A stretch of DNA of 64,000 nt from Octopus vulgaris. Its lineage: Eukaryota. Numbering within the stretch: the first letter of the stretch is position 1; the number at the start of each line of letters is the position of its first letter. Both the position numbers and the translations under genes were made by a program. Below the pieces are notes generated by a model, which was not told where the DNA came from, did not search any database, and saw nothing but the letters and a program-made list of their open reading frames with translations. The stretch covers positions 82,212,001 through 82,276,000 of the forward strand of contig OX597819.1 in assembly GCA_951406725.2 (NCBI GenBank). Reading direction: 5' to 3'. Positions 25,232 to 38,439 of the stretch are shown here, piece after piece.

Positions 25232-26684
25232 CTCTAAACCACATTAAAATCAATCTAAAATGGCAAAAAATGAAAAGTTTAAATTTTAATGAATATTTGA
25301 CAATTTATTGCTTAGTTATAATATTAATCCAATTTTTGCTCAAAACTCAAAGCCCACACTCTACAGCTCCGATTCACTTCGACCACTTCCTTCCCTACTG
25401 TTCCTTACACTCGCCAATTTAAATTATTCTGTCATAGTTTACATTTTAAAGGAAAAAAGGAAATACTGTTTGATTGTAGCAAGGAGAACATATCAAAGTA
25501 CGCTATTTTATAATTTTTGATATTTCTATATTTCACTATTTTGTAAGGTTCAGATCTTTATTTAAAATTTAGTCTATGATACAGCGCACACTGTAATCCA
25601 GTATATATATAAAAAGAATATATCTTGGATAACCTTGGAGAAAGCAGCTCAGAAACTGTTTTGCGTATTTTAATTATATGTTTTCTACGTGAATAAAAAT
25701 TGTTCTTATTGCACACTACTAATATCGTTTAGCATCCAACGTACCAAACCGTCAAGCACTTACATCTGTTTTACTGAAGTTGTTCGCCCGATTGCTTACG
25801 TGTCCACTCTTCAATCTCAAAAAAGAAAGTATAAATTACTTATCAATAATTAATGAACAGCACTCATATTATGCTAAGATGTTTGTGTTTTTCCCTAAAA
25901 AGTTTTATTTTCTAGCAAGCTATTTGTGTAAAAAAAAAACCCACCTCTTCTCTATTCATATATAAGAGGAAGAGCTGTATGTAATACGGTAAAAGACATG
26001 AATAAGAAATGTATTTGCACTTATAAATAAACACATAGTAATATAATTTGTTTCCGATTCTATTAGTAGCTCACAATACATTTAAATAATGATCACGCGT
26101 AGGGCAGAAAAATTTCTTTGTATTTCATTGCTAAAATTTTGCTTATGCATGATACATATATCCAACACTGTTCTGTGTATTTTTTTTTTTTTTTTGTCCC
26201 CACTTTTATTCGTTGCATTGTATAGATTGTCTACTGAAGTCACATTCTCATAACTTCACTGTTTCAATATTTGATAATTATATTGATTCTAATAATCCGC
26301 TACCTTCCTTCCTTTTGTCCTATCGAAATATCTTACAATATAAACGACGCCGAGTTATATTTATAACATATACTCCTATGCACACACAACTATAGAAAGA
26401 AAAAATAAGACATACAGAGGGACAGGGGCAGCGTGTGTATGTGTGTGTGTGTGTGTGTGAACGTGTCGTGCGTGCTCACGCATGTCGTTGTGCGTTGCAA
26501 GAACACTGAACTCACTCATATATGAGAGAGAACTGTATGTAATGTTGATCCTGAACTCTTGATTTCGGAAGATCTTATGCCATTATAAATAGCAAGTCTA
26601 CGGAATTTACTACTCGGTTCTATGATCTCTGTTCAGAAATGCCGAGAATATTCGTTCAAACCTTAGTCAGTGTACAAGTAGCAA

Positions 26685-27012
26685 GTCATGAATAACCATG
26701 GGATTGCACCTAGAAAGTTACCCTCCGAGGTACAAGTCCGGGCAAGGTTGTTTATGGAAGGCCAGCAGTCGCCCATGCATACCAGCCTCCCCTCTCCACA
26801 CCACTGATGTTATCCGAGGAAAAGGCAGCAGCCGATACAGCCTGGCAACAGTAATGTCGCAAATCATATCTACAGCTGAGTTAACAGGAGCAACGTGAAA
26901 TAAAGTGTCTTGCTCAAGAACACAACACCCAGCCCGGTCCGGGAATCGAACTCACAACCTCACGATCGTAAGCTCGACGACGCTCTTACCACTGAGCCAT
27001 GCGCCTTCACAC
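26685..27012 (-). mobile_element. tRNA-derived SINE family D, near full length
   Basis: Antisense reads GGCGCATGGCTCAGTGGTAAGAGCG (A-box)...GAGTTCGATTCCCGG (B-box)...GTGTTCTTGAGCAAGACACTT core; second copy at 56185-56516. Confidence 0.85.
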
Positions 27013-27119
27013 AAATAGCAAAATACTAGGGGTATTCCCAGCTGCCTTAGCAACCGAGAATTTACATAATTAATGCAGGATATGAGCGAAACAGATTTTT
27101 AATTTAAATTCCTGTCTAT

Positions 27120-27512
27120 GGGCGCAGACATAGCTGTGTGGCAAGAAGCTTGCTTCGTAATCACGTGGCTCTGTGTTCGGTCCCACTGCGTTGCATCTTA
27201 GGCATGTGTCTTCTACTATAGCCGCGGGCTAACCAAAGCCTTGTGAGTAAATTTGGTACAAGGAAACTGAAAGAGGTCCGTCGTATATGAGTATGTATGT
27301 GTGTGTGTGTCTTTGTGTCTGTGTTTGTCTCCGACCACCACTTGCCAACTGGTGTTGGTGTGTTTACTTTCCCCGTAACTTAGCGCTTCGGTTAAAAAGA
27401 CCGATAGAATAAGTACCAGGTTTTAAAAAATTAAGTACTGGGGTTGATTCATTCGACAAAAAATTTTTCAAGGCGGTACCCCAGCGTGGCCGCAGTCTAA
27501 TGACTGAAGCAA
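27120..27512 (+). mobile_element. SINE family A, full length
   Basis: GGCGCAGACATAGCTGTGTGGCAAGAAGCTTGC...GTTCGGTCCCACTGCG...internal (GT)n...GGCCGCAGTCTAATGACTGAA; colinear with 37751-38180. Confidence 0.85.
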
Positions 27513-27676
27513 TTAATTTATAAAAAATAACCCTTATTTTAGAAATTCAACCAATATGGTAGCTAGATTTTGATATATGTCGGCAGAATTACTGGACTCA
27601 CATAAACTTGAGCGCTGTCAGTTAAGATATATTTTATTTATCAAAGTTTCCATTAAAGAAACAGACCATACCGGTA

Positions 27677-27970
27677 TCTCTCTATATATAAACGGCAGTT
27701 TGTCTGTGCGTGTTTCTGTGTGTCTGTTTGCTTGTACCCCCACCCTGACCACGGCTTTCAACCGATTCTGATGAAACTTGATATACACATAGCCCAAAGT
27801 CATAATTCAAAACTAACGTAGCGAAAATATTGAAAAGTTCCCCCAGTTCTGAAAAAAACCCTCACCCTGACCACGGCTTGAAAAAAATCGATAAATTCGA
27901 CATGGGGTCGAGAATCAGAAGCACAAACCGCAAACTGTCTAGGGGACGCGACTCCACCTTTTTTCACTAG
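27677..27970 (+). mobile_element. Non-autonomous Helitron-like element
   Basis: Begins A|TCTCTCTATATATAAA, has (GTCT)-like repeats then AACCGATTCTGATGAAACTT, ends CTAG|T; internal duplicate CACCCTGACCACGGCTT; no TSD. The 3' hairpin is weak. Confidence 0.55.
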
Positions 27971-28226
27971 TCTATGAATAAAGCGATAGTGATTATTAAT
28001 TGGGTATATGACTAAAAGTCTAAAATAGGTTCAACAGCGGGCTTCCGGAGTTATCTTCCAAACAATTATATTCAAATTCGTGAACTAAAACATCTGTACA
28101 CATTCCTGTACTGTAAACCTGTGTAATGTGTGAGGCAATCTTTCATGTAGACAACTTTATAATACAGTTAAAATCAAGGACTAGATATCATTTGGTAAAA
28201 GATTAATTTTTTTTTAAAATTCCTAT

Positions 28227-28395
28227 CAGGGCCGGCTCAAGGTACCGGCAACTCGGCCAGTGATCCAGGGCGCTATATGCTTTTTAGTCCGCATTTTCAG
28301 TTTTCCTTCTTGTGAAAGTTTAAAAAAATTATACTTATAAGGGCAGCGAAATTCAGTTTGTCCACCGGGACGCCAGCAACCCTACGCCGGCCCTG
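28227..28395. mobile_element. hAT-type MITE
   Basis: TIRs CAGGGCCGGC / GCCGGCCCTG; 8-bp TSD ATTCCTAT (28219-28226) / ATTCCTCT (28396-28403), one mismatch. Confidence 0.85.
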
Positions 28396-30245
28396 ATTCC
28401 TCTCATATAATGTCTTCATTACGATCTTGAATCCACAGCTAGTGAGAATATCACTACTACTACTTTTCTTCAGAAGAGTAATATGATAGGTGTTGATGAC
28501 TACTAAGGTTGATTTTAGACGAAATATGTTGTTTTCGTTATTGGTGGTGGTGGTGGTGATGGTAGTGGTGGTTGTGAGGTGTGGGCGTAGTGGTGATATA
28601 GTAGTGGTAGTTGTGGTGTGGTAGTTGTGTGATGATGTGGTACTGAGGGACTAATGTGTTCTTGGATGGAGGTGATCATATTCCATACAGTGTGACTTGA
28701 TTTTGATTCTCTCTAGAAGCTTTTTCATTTCAGTTAAATCTTTAATCTCCATGAAGACACGAAGGTATCAATCTGTCACATATAAAATTATTAAGCTTCG
28801 TGCCTCTGTAAGAAGCAATTACTTCTTGAATATTGTAGGTTTTTAGAGAATGCAATCCGCAAGCAATTTTGATTTATAGCTATAACCAATTTCCTTGATT
28901 TACGTTGCTAATGCTCAAGGCAATGCAGAAATATTATAATTTCTCATTTAATTAAAGAATATTAACGTACGTGACAAAAGTTTGCGGATAATAACCTTTA
29001 GTTGTTTCCATTTTCCCGTAAGACTAAATTATAATAGAAACAAATTTGTAGTTGTTTGTTAATAAATGGAAAGAAACACAATCCAATATAATTTATAAAG
29101 CATTAGGAAGACTTCAAATATGTATACTAAGTACTGTCTTTTCAAATTGCATCAATAATGAATTAAACACGAATGTATATCGGAACGTGTTTCGTGTGTT
29201 GAAAATGTTATTAAAGTATTTGTATTGAAAGTTAAGCTGAGGTGACACATTCTCTGTTTAAAATGTCTAATCTTTCGAAATGACGCGAATAGTACCACAA
29301 AGAAAGAAAAGAAAGAATGTGATTGGTTATATTTAGACATGTTTCACCTGGCAACTAGACTTATCAGTAGGAACATTGACATTTTTCTCTCTATCAGTGC
29401 ATAGTATATTCATTCTATCCGTTTGTGAATAAACTAACAGTAATAGTTATTTGTCACAACAAATAACTATTGTTGTTATGAGCAAATATTTAGGAAGTGT
29501 TACCAGTAATAGTGGTAACCTATTGATCGTTAGCAGTGATCATTGTGTCAATACCATCCACGCTCTTTACATTTCGTTTCATTTAAGCCGCCGATACTTT
29601 TAAAACTGTCGTGGTTATCGTATCATCCTTTTTATCACTCCCTACTGGCAACGTAATGCCTTAGCCTCAACTCGCGGCAGGATGAACAAGTTTACATCTA
29701 AGCAGATCTTAATCATTTACCATATACAATTGCTGACATATTTTCATGGAAGAACGCCCACTCAGCCAGCCACTAAATATTTGCATTCTAAGTTAGGCAG
29801 AGATGACACATTCACGTCGTAAAATATCTGATGCTCCAAAGAGATGTAAATGGTACGACAAAAAGAATGAAAATGAGATAGCTGATACAACTGCCTTCTC
29901 TTGGACTGCCTTCTCTTGAGATAAGACAGGAAATGACGTGGCTCAAACAGTTACAAAAGCACACAGACATCAGGTTCAGCATGAGGTATATAATTTTCCG
30001 TGTTGATTCATCCTGCGATCTCAACTATACCATGAACACGTATGCAATTCCTACTATACACAACAAAAGGCCGTTTGAGTGAAAGAACGCGTGTTGGGTC
30101 AATATCCAGATTAAAGAATTTATGTGTATGTGTCCTCTGTGTGTGTACATGCATGCATACATACATACATACATACATACATACATACATACATACATAC
30201 ATACATACATACATACATACATACATGCATACATACATGCATACA

Positions 30246-30830
30246 TCATAGCAAAGATAGTTTACATAAGACATGACACTGTCGCAAAGCAGTTCACTGT
30301 GCTATGCAAAGGAAGGGCTGTATTGACGGCCGTACCAAATGTACAACAGAATTTGAATCCATTCATATTTATGAAAACAAAGAATGTTGGTGGAACATCC
30401 CGAGACATTCCAACTCAGTGTTTTATAGGACAGAGAGCACAAGACCTGTGCTGTAGTAGAGGTTAGCTGCTCAGTTGATGAGAATATTGCATCAAAGACT
30501 ATAGAAAAAGAGAACATTTATGAGGAACTACTAAAAAAACTTGTAACTCTTATACTCAGAATACGAATTCTCATCTGTCCCCCCTTATCATAGGCACACT
30601 GGTCTACCTAACGGATCAATATAAAGAACTAGAAAACTGGGATTGCCAAAAGAGAACATACCAAACTAATCTGCGTTCTCTAAATACAATCAGTCAGTAG
30701 TACACTTTTAAATTTTCAAAATATTCCAGAGATTTTCTAGGTGAGTTTTCCAAACTAAACGTATGAAAAATGTGTATATTTCAGAGAGGCCTCATCCAAT
30801 TGAATTTTCAGGGTCAAACATAAGCACATA
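30246..30830 (+). mobile_element. Very decayed 3' fragment of an R4/Dong-like RLE LINE
   Basis: IRHDTVAK, (W)WNIP, AVVEVSCSVDENI...KENIYEELL, PLIIGTL, matching the 9590-10080 part of the other copy; preceded by (ACAT)n. Confidence 0.65.
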
Positions 30831-30856
30831 TCCACGTATACATTTGGAATGCATCA

Positions 30857-30936
<80 letters not shown>

Positions 30937-30974
30937 GCACACACACATATAAAAGTGAAGCACAAACACTTGTA

Positions 30975-31185
30975 CGATGGGGTGTTGAAAAGTTACTTGC
31001 TTTGATAAAAGAAAATACAGGAGAATCAGTTAATCATGATTTTATTTAACATATTCCCCTCTCAGATTCACACACTTATTGCAGCGGTCCTTCAGGTTTT
31101 CTAAGCCCTGTAAAAAGAACTCGGAAAGTTGGGCCTCCAACCAGGGCTACACCTTTAAAGCCAGGAACTTTTCAGGACACCTTCG
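30975..31185. mobile_element. Mariner-derived MITE
   Basis: TA-CGATGGGGTGTTGAAAAGTTACTTGCTTT and inverted AAAGCCAGGAACTTTTCAGGACACCTTCG, ~28-bp imperfect mariner-type TIRs. Confidence 0.7.
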
Positions 31186-31187
31186 GA

Positions 31188-31372
31188 AATTGGTTTCAAA
31201 TTTTGGGACAAGGCCAGCAGGTTTGGGGAAGGGGATAAGTCGATTGAAGTGTCCCCGGTGTTCAACAAGTACAAATTTTATCGCACTCAAAAGGATGGAA
31301 GTTAAAGTCGAGCCCAATGGAATTTGAACTCGGAACCTCATGACGGACGAAATGCTGCTAAGCATTCCGCCA
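31188..31372 (-). mobile_element. SINE family B
   Basis: TTGGTTTCAAATTTTGGGACAAGGCCAGCA...AAGGATGGAAG..AAAGTCGA...GGAATTTGAACTC...GACGAAATGCTGCTAAGCATT. Confidence 0.75.
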
Positions 31373-33086
31373 GGTGAAAGGTATAAAATACAAATACTCG
31401 TACAATAAAGTGAAACGCATATCCACCACAAAGTTACAAATTATCCATGAACACAAACATGCATATGTACACACATCAACCAATTCAAATGACCATAAAC
31501 CTATCTTAATTGAAACAAACGGAAAAACTTAAATAAATATATATATACATCAAGGAGTCACCCTGCTTCGTCAGGGATTATAGAGAACAGGATGTATTTA
31601 ATCTGTTAGTATATCGTCTTCCGTTCGAGAACATTTTCTGCTGTGATTGTAATTGCCCATACAACAAAGCTGTCTGTGTATGAAAATGCTCTGTTACATT
31701 CGTGTCACGTGATACTGGAATCTGCTAGAATCATCGAACATAGAAAAACCTCAAATCTTCTTTACTACGCTCCTGTCACATGATGTGGCAAACTACTAAA
31801 ACCATATAATTTCTCCAGTAATATTTCAACTCACAAAGAAAAAGCTCACCATCAAATTTAAATTCAAACCGAAATAGAGGTTCTCTAATTTTATAAATAT
31901 CGAATAAAATAGTCATAATTTACTGGTGCATTTACAGTGTTTTGTTTCAAAGTTTTAGTGTTATACTGTATTACAGAACATATCGATAGATTTTATTCAG
32001 CGCTATATTTAACAGACTGATGTATACAGTTTGTTATAAGCAATATACGAGAGGACAAAAGAAAGTTGAAATTAGTCCGGATTATTTCTCTTTTTCCGTT
32101 TGCGAAGATATTATCTATAAAGTTATAATATTTACACCTGAGTACGAATATCATACCTTTATAGAGTTCATGGAGTGCTAGCTAAAATTTATAGATATGC
32201 TCTGTAATATAATTTTTTTAAATGTCCTGTAGTCCGACATATATCATCTGTAACACTATAAACGAAGTGCTCAATGCAATATGTGAATTGACATACATCT
32301 GAAGTCTGATAAATAGAATTCGTTATTCAAAGTGTCGTACAATCGCAAATCAATACCCGAGTCACATTAATGTAAATATTTATAAATTGGATTTATCTAT
32401 TACTCAAGCCTGAATTTCAGCAGGAAGTCATTCTGCCTCATTAGAGATAATGAAGAATTGACGGAATTTAACATATGAATGTATAGGTTTTCTTTCGGAA
32501 AAATATTGTACCACGATCGAAAGAAATTCATGATGCGGAAAAGCTTCCAATTTATAAAAATGTTTGGCTACCGTTGTGTCATGGGACGTGAAAAGCCGCC
32601 AAAATAATCTATATATTATTCAGTTGGGCATCAGAGAGTTTCCATTCTACGACCTTAAGTAATTTAACTCCAGCATAACGAACGATTGCTTAACGCATGT
32701 TCTGAGTAAGCTGCAGTAGATCGGATACAACACTTAAAAACTGAAGACTTGCCTTTAGAAAACAAACTTTATCCTATCTGTTCACAGAATATGAGGTCAG
32801 CTGGAGCAGAAGCAGTGAATCATTCCGAAGCGACAGCAATACTTACAACGAGACTAGAAATAAACAATAACAGCAATAAGAAAGAGAATAAATAAATTGC
32901 ACAGCAATTTTCTTTCCTCCACCCAAGAGAGAGAGACAAGAAATCTAGTGCTGCATCGAAACTCTGACACGCATTAGCTCTAAGCTTACAATCACAGAAA
33001 GTAGAAAATTGTCTGAATATCATCACAAAATTGTTCTACAACACTATACCCCATAAACTGTAAGACCTTAATATTTCATATGGATA

Positions 33087-33295
33087 AAGCGGTGAGCTGG
33101 CAGATTCGTTAACACGCCATGGAAAATGCTTAGCGGCATTTCTTCCGACTTTATGTTCTGAGTTCAAATGCCGCCGGGGTCGACTCTCCGGTTCATCCTT
33201 TCGGAGTCGATAAAATAAACACCAGTTGAGCACTGGAGTCGATATTGTGCCCTCGACCTAATATTACTGGCCTTGTGCCATAATTTGAAATCAAT
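33087..33295 (+). mobile_element. SINE family B, near full length
   Basis: GCGGTGAGCTGGCAGATTCGTTAACACGCC...GTTCTGAGTTCAAAT...GGAGTCGATAAAATAA..ACCAGTTGAGCACTGG...GGCCTTGTGCC. Confidence 0.85.
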
Positions 33296-33379
33296 ATTTC
33301 ATGTAAAAAAGTTTTATATAATCATTCCCGACAACACCAAAGAGCAAGAAAATGCAGCATCTATGAGCTACACGACTCG

Positions 33380-33850
33380 CCACCTATCTCACCTCCAAAA
33401 CTGCGGTCGACCTTTTGGTCTCCTTACTAAAAGGATCACTACTAATTTGGGGAATCCTCCTTTCCTGTACTTCTTAACCATGATGTTTTGTGAGCAATAT
33501 TCCCGTGGAGGAATCCTCTACATTAGCTGTCCATTTATGCACCTAAGTAAATCACCTCCAAAATTCTTTCTCATTCTTCCTACTCTGCCATGCTCATCAC
33601 CATACTCGTAATGTTTAGAGTACCTCCTGTTGTTTCAAACCAACAAGACAACCGGCTCTGACAATGACCCATCACTCTCAAGCAGTGCACCCTAAAGTTA
33701 GCTCTTCTCATCAAGTTTTTCGATCTCTTTCGCTTTACCGGGATATATCACGATCTTTCGAAATATACTATAGTGTATCCCATTCACAAGAAAGGCAACC
33801 CCTCGACTGTACCCACTGCTGAGCAATCACACTCGTTTTACTCATTTTCC
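33380..33850. mobile_element. Very old RTE-like LINE debris
   Basis: Plus strand ~33778-33835 PIHKKGN(P)LDCTHC*AITL (cf. PIHKKGD...C.NYR.ITL, one frameshift); possible RTE C-terminal remnants on the minus strand just upstream. Confidence 0.35.
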
Positions 33851-36734
33851 TTATCATAAACGTGATGTAAACAGCTATTAACAATAATCTTGTTCGATAC
33901 CTTGACTGTTTCACTCTCTTTTCTTTCTCTCTTTCTTTCTTTTTTTTCTTTGTTTCTTTCACCTCTTCTTCCTCTCTATAACTATTATTGCAGTTTTCAT
34001 AAAGCCAAGTCAACTGGAAGCTTGTGTTCTTATGTTACTGCCTGTGGACTCTCAACCTGGAGAAATTTAGTGAACCTAGTTTCATTGAACTCAACATTAG
34101 TAAAAATTTTGACTACTTCTGAATGCAAAACTGTCTGCAAAAATTATCTGTCAATGAGCATAAATAGTCCTTTGTTTATTCGATTGGTGGCTTCTTGTCA
34201 GACCTCACTTTCGTGGTATGTACTCCTATGGTCTCTTGGGGTTAGATTTTGTTTCCACACTTTTTTGTCTATATATCAATGGCCTACTTGTGATCACCTC
34301 CATCAGTAAATACACACGCCCACAGATGATATAACCCTTCATTCCTCCCTATTCTACCCACCACAAATACCGTCCATATGAAATCTAGTCATCTCACGCC
34401 AAATCTGTACTGACCCTATGAACAAGGATATCCAGAACATGGTGCCATGCTAGTTTTGTCTCTATAACAATACGAAGAGAAAATCACTAAATGTATCAAG
34501 AAACATAATCGCATCCCATTCTACTTAAATCGAACAGCACGCAACTTATAACAGTCAAGGCCTCATTGTAAGTAGAAAATTTCACACATCCAAAACTACA
34601 TCACAAAGTCTGGCCTTTAACTTCGGAAACGAGAAATACTTCGATTACAAGTAATAAACAACTCTACAAAGCTGAAATGAGAACTACAATGGAGTCATAT
34701 TTTGACGGTTCAGTTACGTACAGAGATATCCTAGACTGCATCCGGTTAAAAGCCGACTGATTACCATTAAGTCGTGCAGCAGCACATCCCAATCTCTGGC
34801 CAACAGATATGTTATCTCTTTGCTGTTATAGTGGTACCCGCCCCTCAGAGCTAACCAGTATCATACCACCTCCACTCAAGCAGTATTGGCTCATTCGGCT
34901 CTCCTCTTTCGTTATCCATATTATGCTCTCGACTCTGAGGTGGCTCTTTGCTGGATATTCTACTACAAAGTTTTAATAATGAATGTTATAGATGTCACCA
35001 TTCACTTACTATCACCATCACAGCTATCACCACCAAAACCACCACTACCATCAATTTACATAAACCATAGGAATATTTTGACTAAAATCAGATACAATGC
35101 TGTTGCCTCTAAGACAAACAAAGAAAATTCTTTAAACTACGTACATGTGCATATCAGAAGACCTAACTATTTCGCCTACAGCAAAGACGTTTTCTTTTTC
35201 TTATTAAGATTTAGAATGTTAGATATTTTAAAGATATTCTTTGCGTAACAAGTTTATGGAGGTACTTTGAATATAAGAAACCAATTGTTGACATTGCTGT
35301 TCAACAAGATTGCATCTCCCTACTGAGGTAGGAATCAGAAATCCTGCTTCTGTCAAAGTTATGCGGATTCTTACAGAATTATTTGTTGATTCAGCTGTGT
35401 GATCGGCTGTATTTTTACGAAAGAACAGCCGAGTATTTTCGTGTTCTTGGTTTGCAGCTGTAAAAAAGGCTTGCATAGTCGACAGTGTTGGAAAGTGGAG
35501 CCCATGTATGGAAAAGACTATAACAGAGTTTTCACATGAAAAGGAATACAAGGCGTCTGAAACTAGTATCGTCACCGGGAAATCTTGCAAAATTTGTATG
35601 GTGTGGCGAACATTGATAAACAATCGAAATCAGTTCTATACACTGTATGTAAATTCCAAAATCATCGCAAAAGTTAGATTCTTAGAAAACAATGTAAATT
35701 ACGGAATCTACGATAATTCCGGATTCTTATCAACTTCCTGATTCAGTCGACAATACAACTTGTATTGTTATAATACAAATGTTCTCAATTCTAAATACGT
35801 CTCTTGACTAATTATAACTTTATTTTTATCTTCTATTTTCCGTCATAGTTTACAAATATCTGGTTTAACGCGCTGTGCCAGTGCTATATAGAGACATCCG
35901 TTGACTAATCTTAAACGCTTCATTTTGCTATTAGTTCTCTTCAACTAAGAAACTGTTTCAATTATTGATAATAATCACTGAAATAGTTCTATGGTTGAAG
36001 GAGCTTTTGATAATGATTATGATGATAACAACGATAACACTTAAAAGTAGATATTTCTTACGTAACCATGTAACCGGGTCTTTTCGAGGAGAAATAGGCA
36101 GTAATGGTCATTCATGTCTTTCTTCGGGTCTTAGGTGGAGTAAGTGAAGTGAAGTAGTTTTAACAGAGATTTGTCGCCAGGCTAAAATCTTACTTGTTAC
36201 GGTACTTGCAATCGCCTCAAAACAATAACTATCATTCATAAGAGCAGGAAATTAAAATCGATGCTGTTGTTTATAGCATGCTTTTATTTTATCAACGTTG
36301 GTTTCAGAATTTGAATGCAGTAATAAGATGCCATAAAATTACGTACCTAATTAGACTCACAGCTATTTTTACCAACTCACTGCTGCATAAACAAATCAGC
36401 TCTAATCATGAAGCTAGGATGTGCACCACTAATGAGAACTGCAGAGGAATAGCAACTGTTGCATTATAATTGCGTCAACATTGCAGAGTTTATTGCCGTA
36501 CAGATATTGACTGGGCAGTAAAGAAAATTTATATCTCCACTATTACATCGTACAGATTCATCACTGCACATCTAAGTGTACAGTATGATTCTCTGTTAGG
36601 TGGAAGTTATGGTATATCTGGACTGACAGATCTGTGGATCGTCGCTAGATGTTTGGCCATCTACATGCGTCCAGAAGACCACCTGATCAGAACTGATTTG
36701 AGACTACAAAACAGCAAAAGTGACTACAATTATA

Positions 36735-36805
<71 letters not shown>

Positions 36806-36829
36806 TATCCGCATCATCGTCATTGTCAT

Positions 36830-36995
36830 CGTCGTCGTCGTCATCAGCATCACTGTCATCATCAATATCCTCATCATTTCTATGCTAACATGGACTGGAC
36901 ATGAACCAACGGATCCGAGGATTGCATCGTGCTCTAATATCTACTCTGGTATGATTTCAACGGCTGGCTACCCTTCCTAGCACCAACAACTTTAT
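36830..36995 (-). mobile_element. SINE/LINE 3' tail (GGAAGGGCATCCAGCCGTAG-type) ending in (GAT)n
   Basis: GGTATGATTTCAACGGCTGGCTACCCTTCCTAGCACCAACAACTTT preceded by (CAT)n; relatives at ~56050-56180 and ~63655-63820. Confidence 0.55.
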
Positions 36996-37004
36996 AAAAT
37001 GTAT

Positions 37005-37047
<43 letters not shown>

Positions 37048-37750
37048 TACAAGCACATGTGAATCCCCATGTAGCCTGTAACACTAAGGTGCCCTTCGAG
37101 TGAATCGAGCTACAACAGAGAGAGAAGTGGCTTTAAACTAGGAAATAAGATAAACTAGGAGATGAGGAAAGGGTTCAGAAAAGAACAGCTTCTTTGGTGT
37201 AAAGAAACTATATAGCTATTCTCCTCATGGAAAATTAGGAGGCAATAGAAAGAGAAATAAAGATGGTGATAATAAGTAGCGAGGAAGATCCTGCAGATAC
37301 CAGAAGGTGAATAGGAATGATAGGCAACAAAAGAACAAAAAGTGAGGGCATATCTTTATTTCATAATGGACTATATAAATGGGTCTTCGTCGACTTCATC
37401 GTATGTAGAGTGGGGAAAGATTAAAAGAGAGATACAGAGAGAATTAACATAAGAGGAATAGGATGAATGCACATACTAGACTTGGGTGCTACGCAATGAG
37501 TAAAAGAATGCTACACAAAAAATAAAAGGAAAGAATCATAGAAGCAGGACGAGAAGGAGTAAATGATAGAATGGCATAATTAATTTATGAAGGTAGCATC
37601 GTAGAAAATAAGGTATTTATTACACATAAACACACACACATACATAATTGCCAATTGGTATTTATTTTCTAATTTCTCTTTGATAAACATTTTAAATAAT
37701 ACTTTTGCCAGCATTTCGATATGTGTTGTCAATTTGCTAATTACTTTTAC

Positions 37751-37913
37751 AGGCGCAGGAGTGGCTGTGTGGTAAGTAGCTTGCTAACCAGCCACATGGT
37801 TCCGGGTTCAGTCCCATTGCGTGGCATCTTGGGCAAGTGTCTTCTGCTATAGCCCCGGGTCGACCAATGCCTTGTGAGTGGATTTGGTAGACGGAAACTG
37901 AAAGAAGCCTGTC

Positions 37914-37954
<41 letters not shown>

Positions 37955-38180
37955 AGTGTGTGTGTATGTGTGTGTGTTTGTGTGTTTGTCCCCCTAGCAT
38001 TGCTTGACAACCGATGCTGGTGTGTTTATGTCCCCGTCACTTAGCGGTTCGGCAAATGAGACCGATAGAATAAGTACTGGGCTTACAAAGAATAAGTCCC
38101 GGGGTCGATTTGCTCGACTAAAGGCGGTGCTCCAGCATGGCCGCAGTCAAATGACTGAAACAAGTAAAAGAGTAAAGAGA
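37751..38180 (+). mobile_element. tRNA-derived SINE family A, full length, least diverged copy
   Basis: AGGCGCAGGAGTGGCTGTGTGGTAAG (A-box-like)...GGGTTCAGTCCC (B-box-like)...CTTGGGCAAGTGTCTT core, internal (TA)n(GT)n, tail GACTGAAACAAGTAAAAGAGTAAA. Confidence 0.9.
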
Positions 38181-38439
38181 GAGTATCTTTTTGTGTGTGG
38201 TGAAGGGAGACAGACAGACAGGATACAGAGAGAGACACAGAGAAAGGTGGGGACATAACCCTAGATGCTTCTTATAACAATCTGAATAATACACGTTTTT
38301 ATTTTGAAATTTTGCTGAGATAGGTTCTTGAGGAGGAAGACTGCAATTATGTCGATAAATTTTGTTAGAAATAATAACATATTTATTGCAAAGATACAAC
38401 TGAGAAATTTGCTAAGTTGAATTATATTTGCGTCTATTC

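Noticed and set aside
26930-27005. tRNA gene (also 10764-10830 and 37751-37825)
   Set aside because: A/B boxes continue into a shared SINE body and tail with multiple diverged copies; no clean cloverleaf or terminator.
35228-35741. 131-aa and 77-aa ORFs
   Set aside because: No recognisable domain; at most very old LINE debris, too weak to call.
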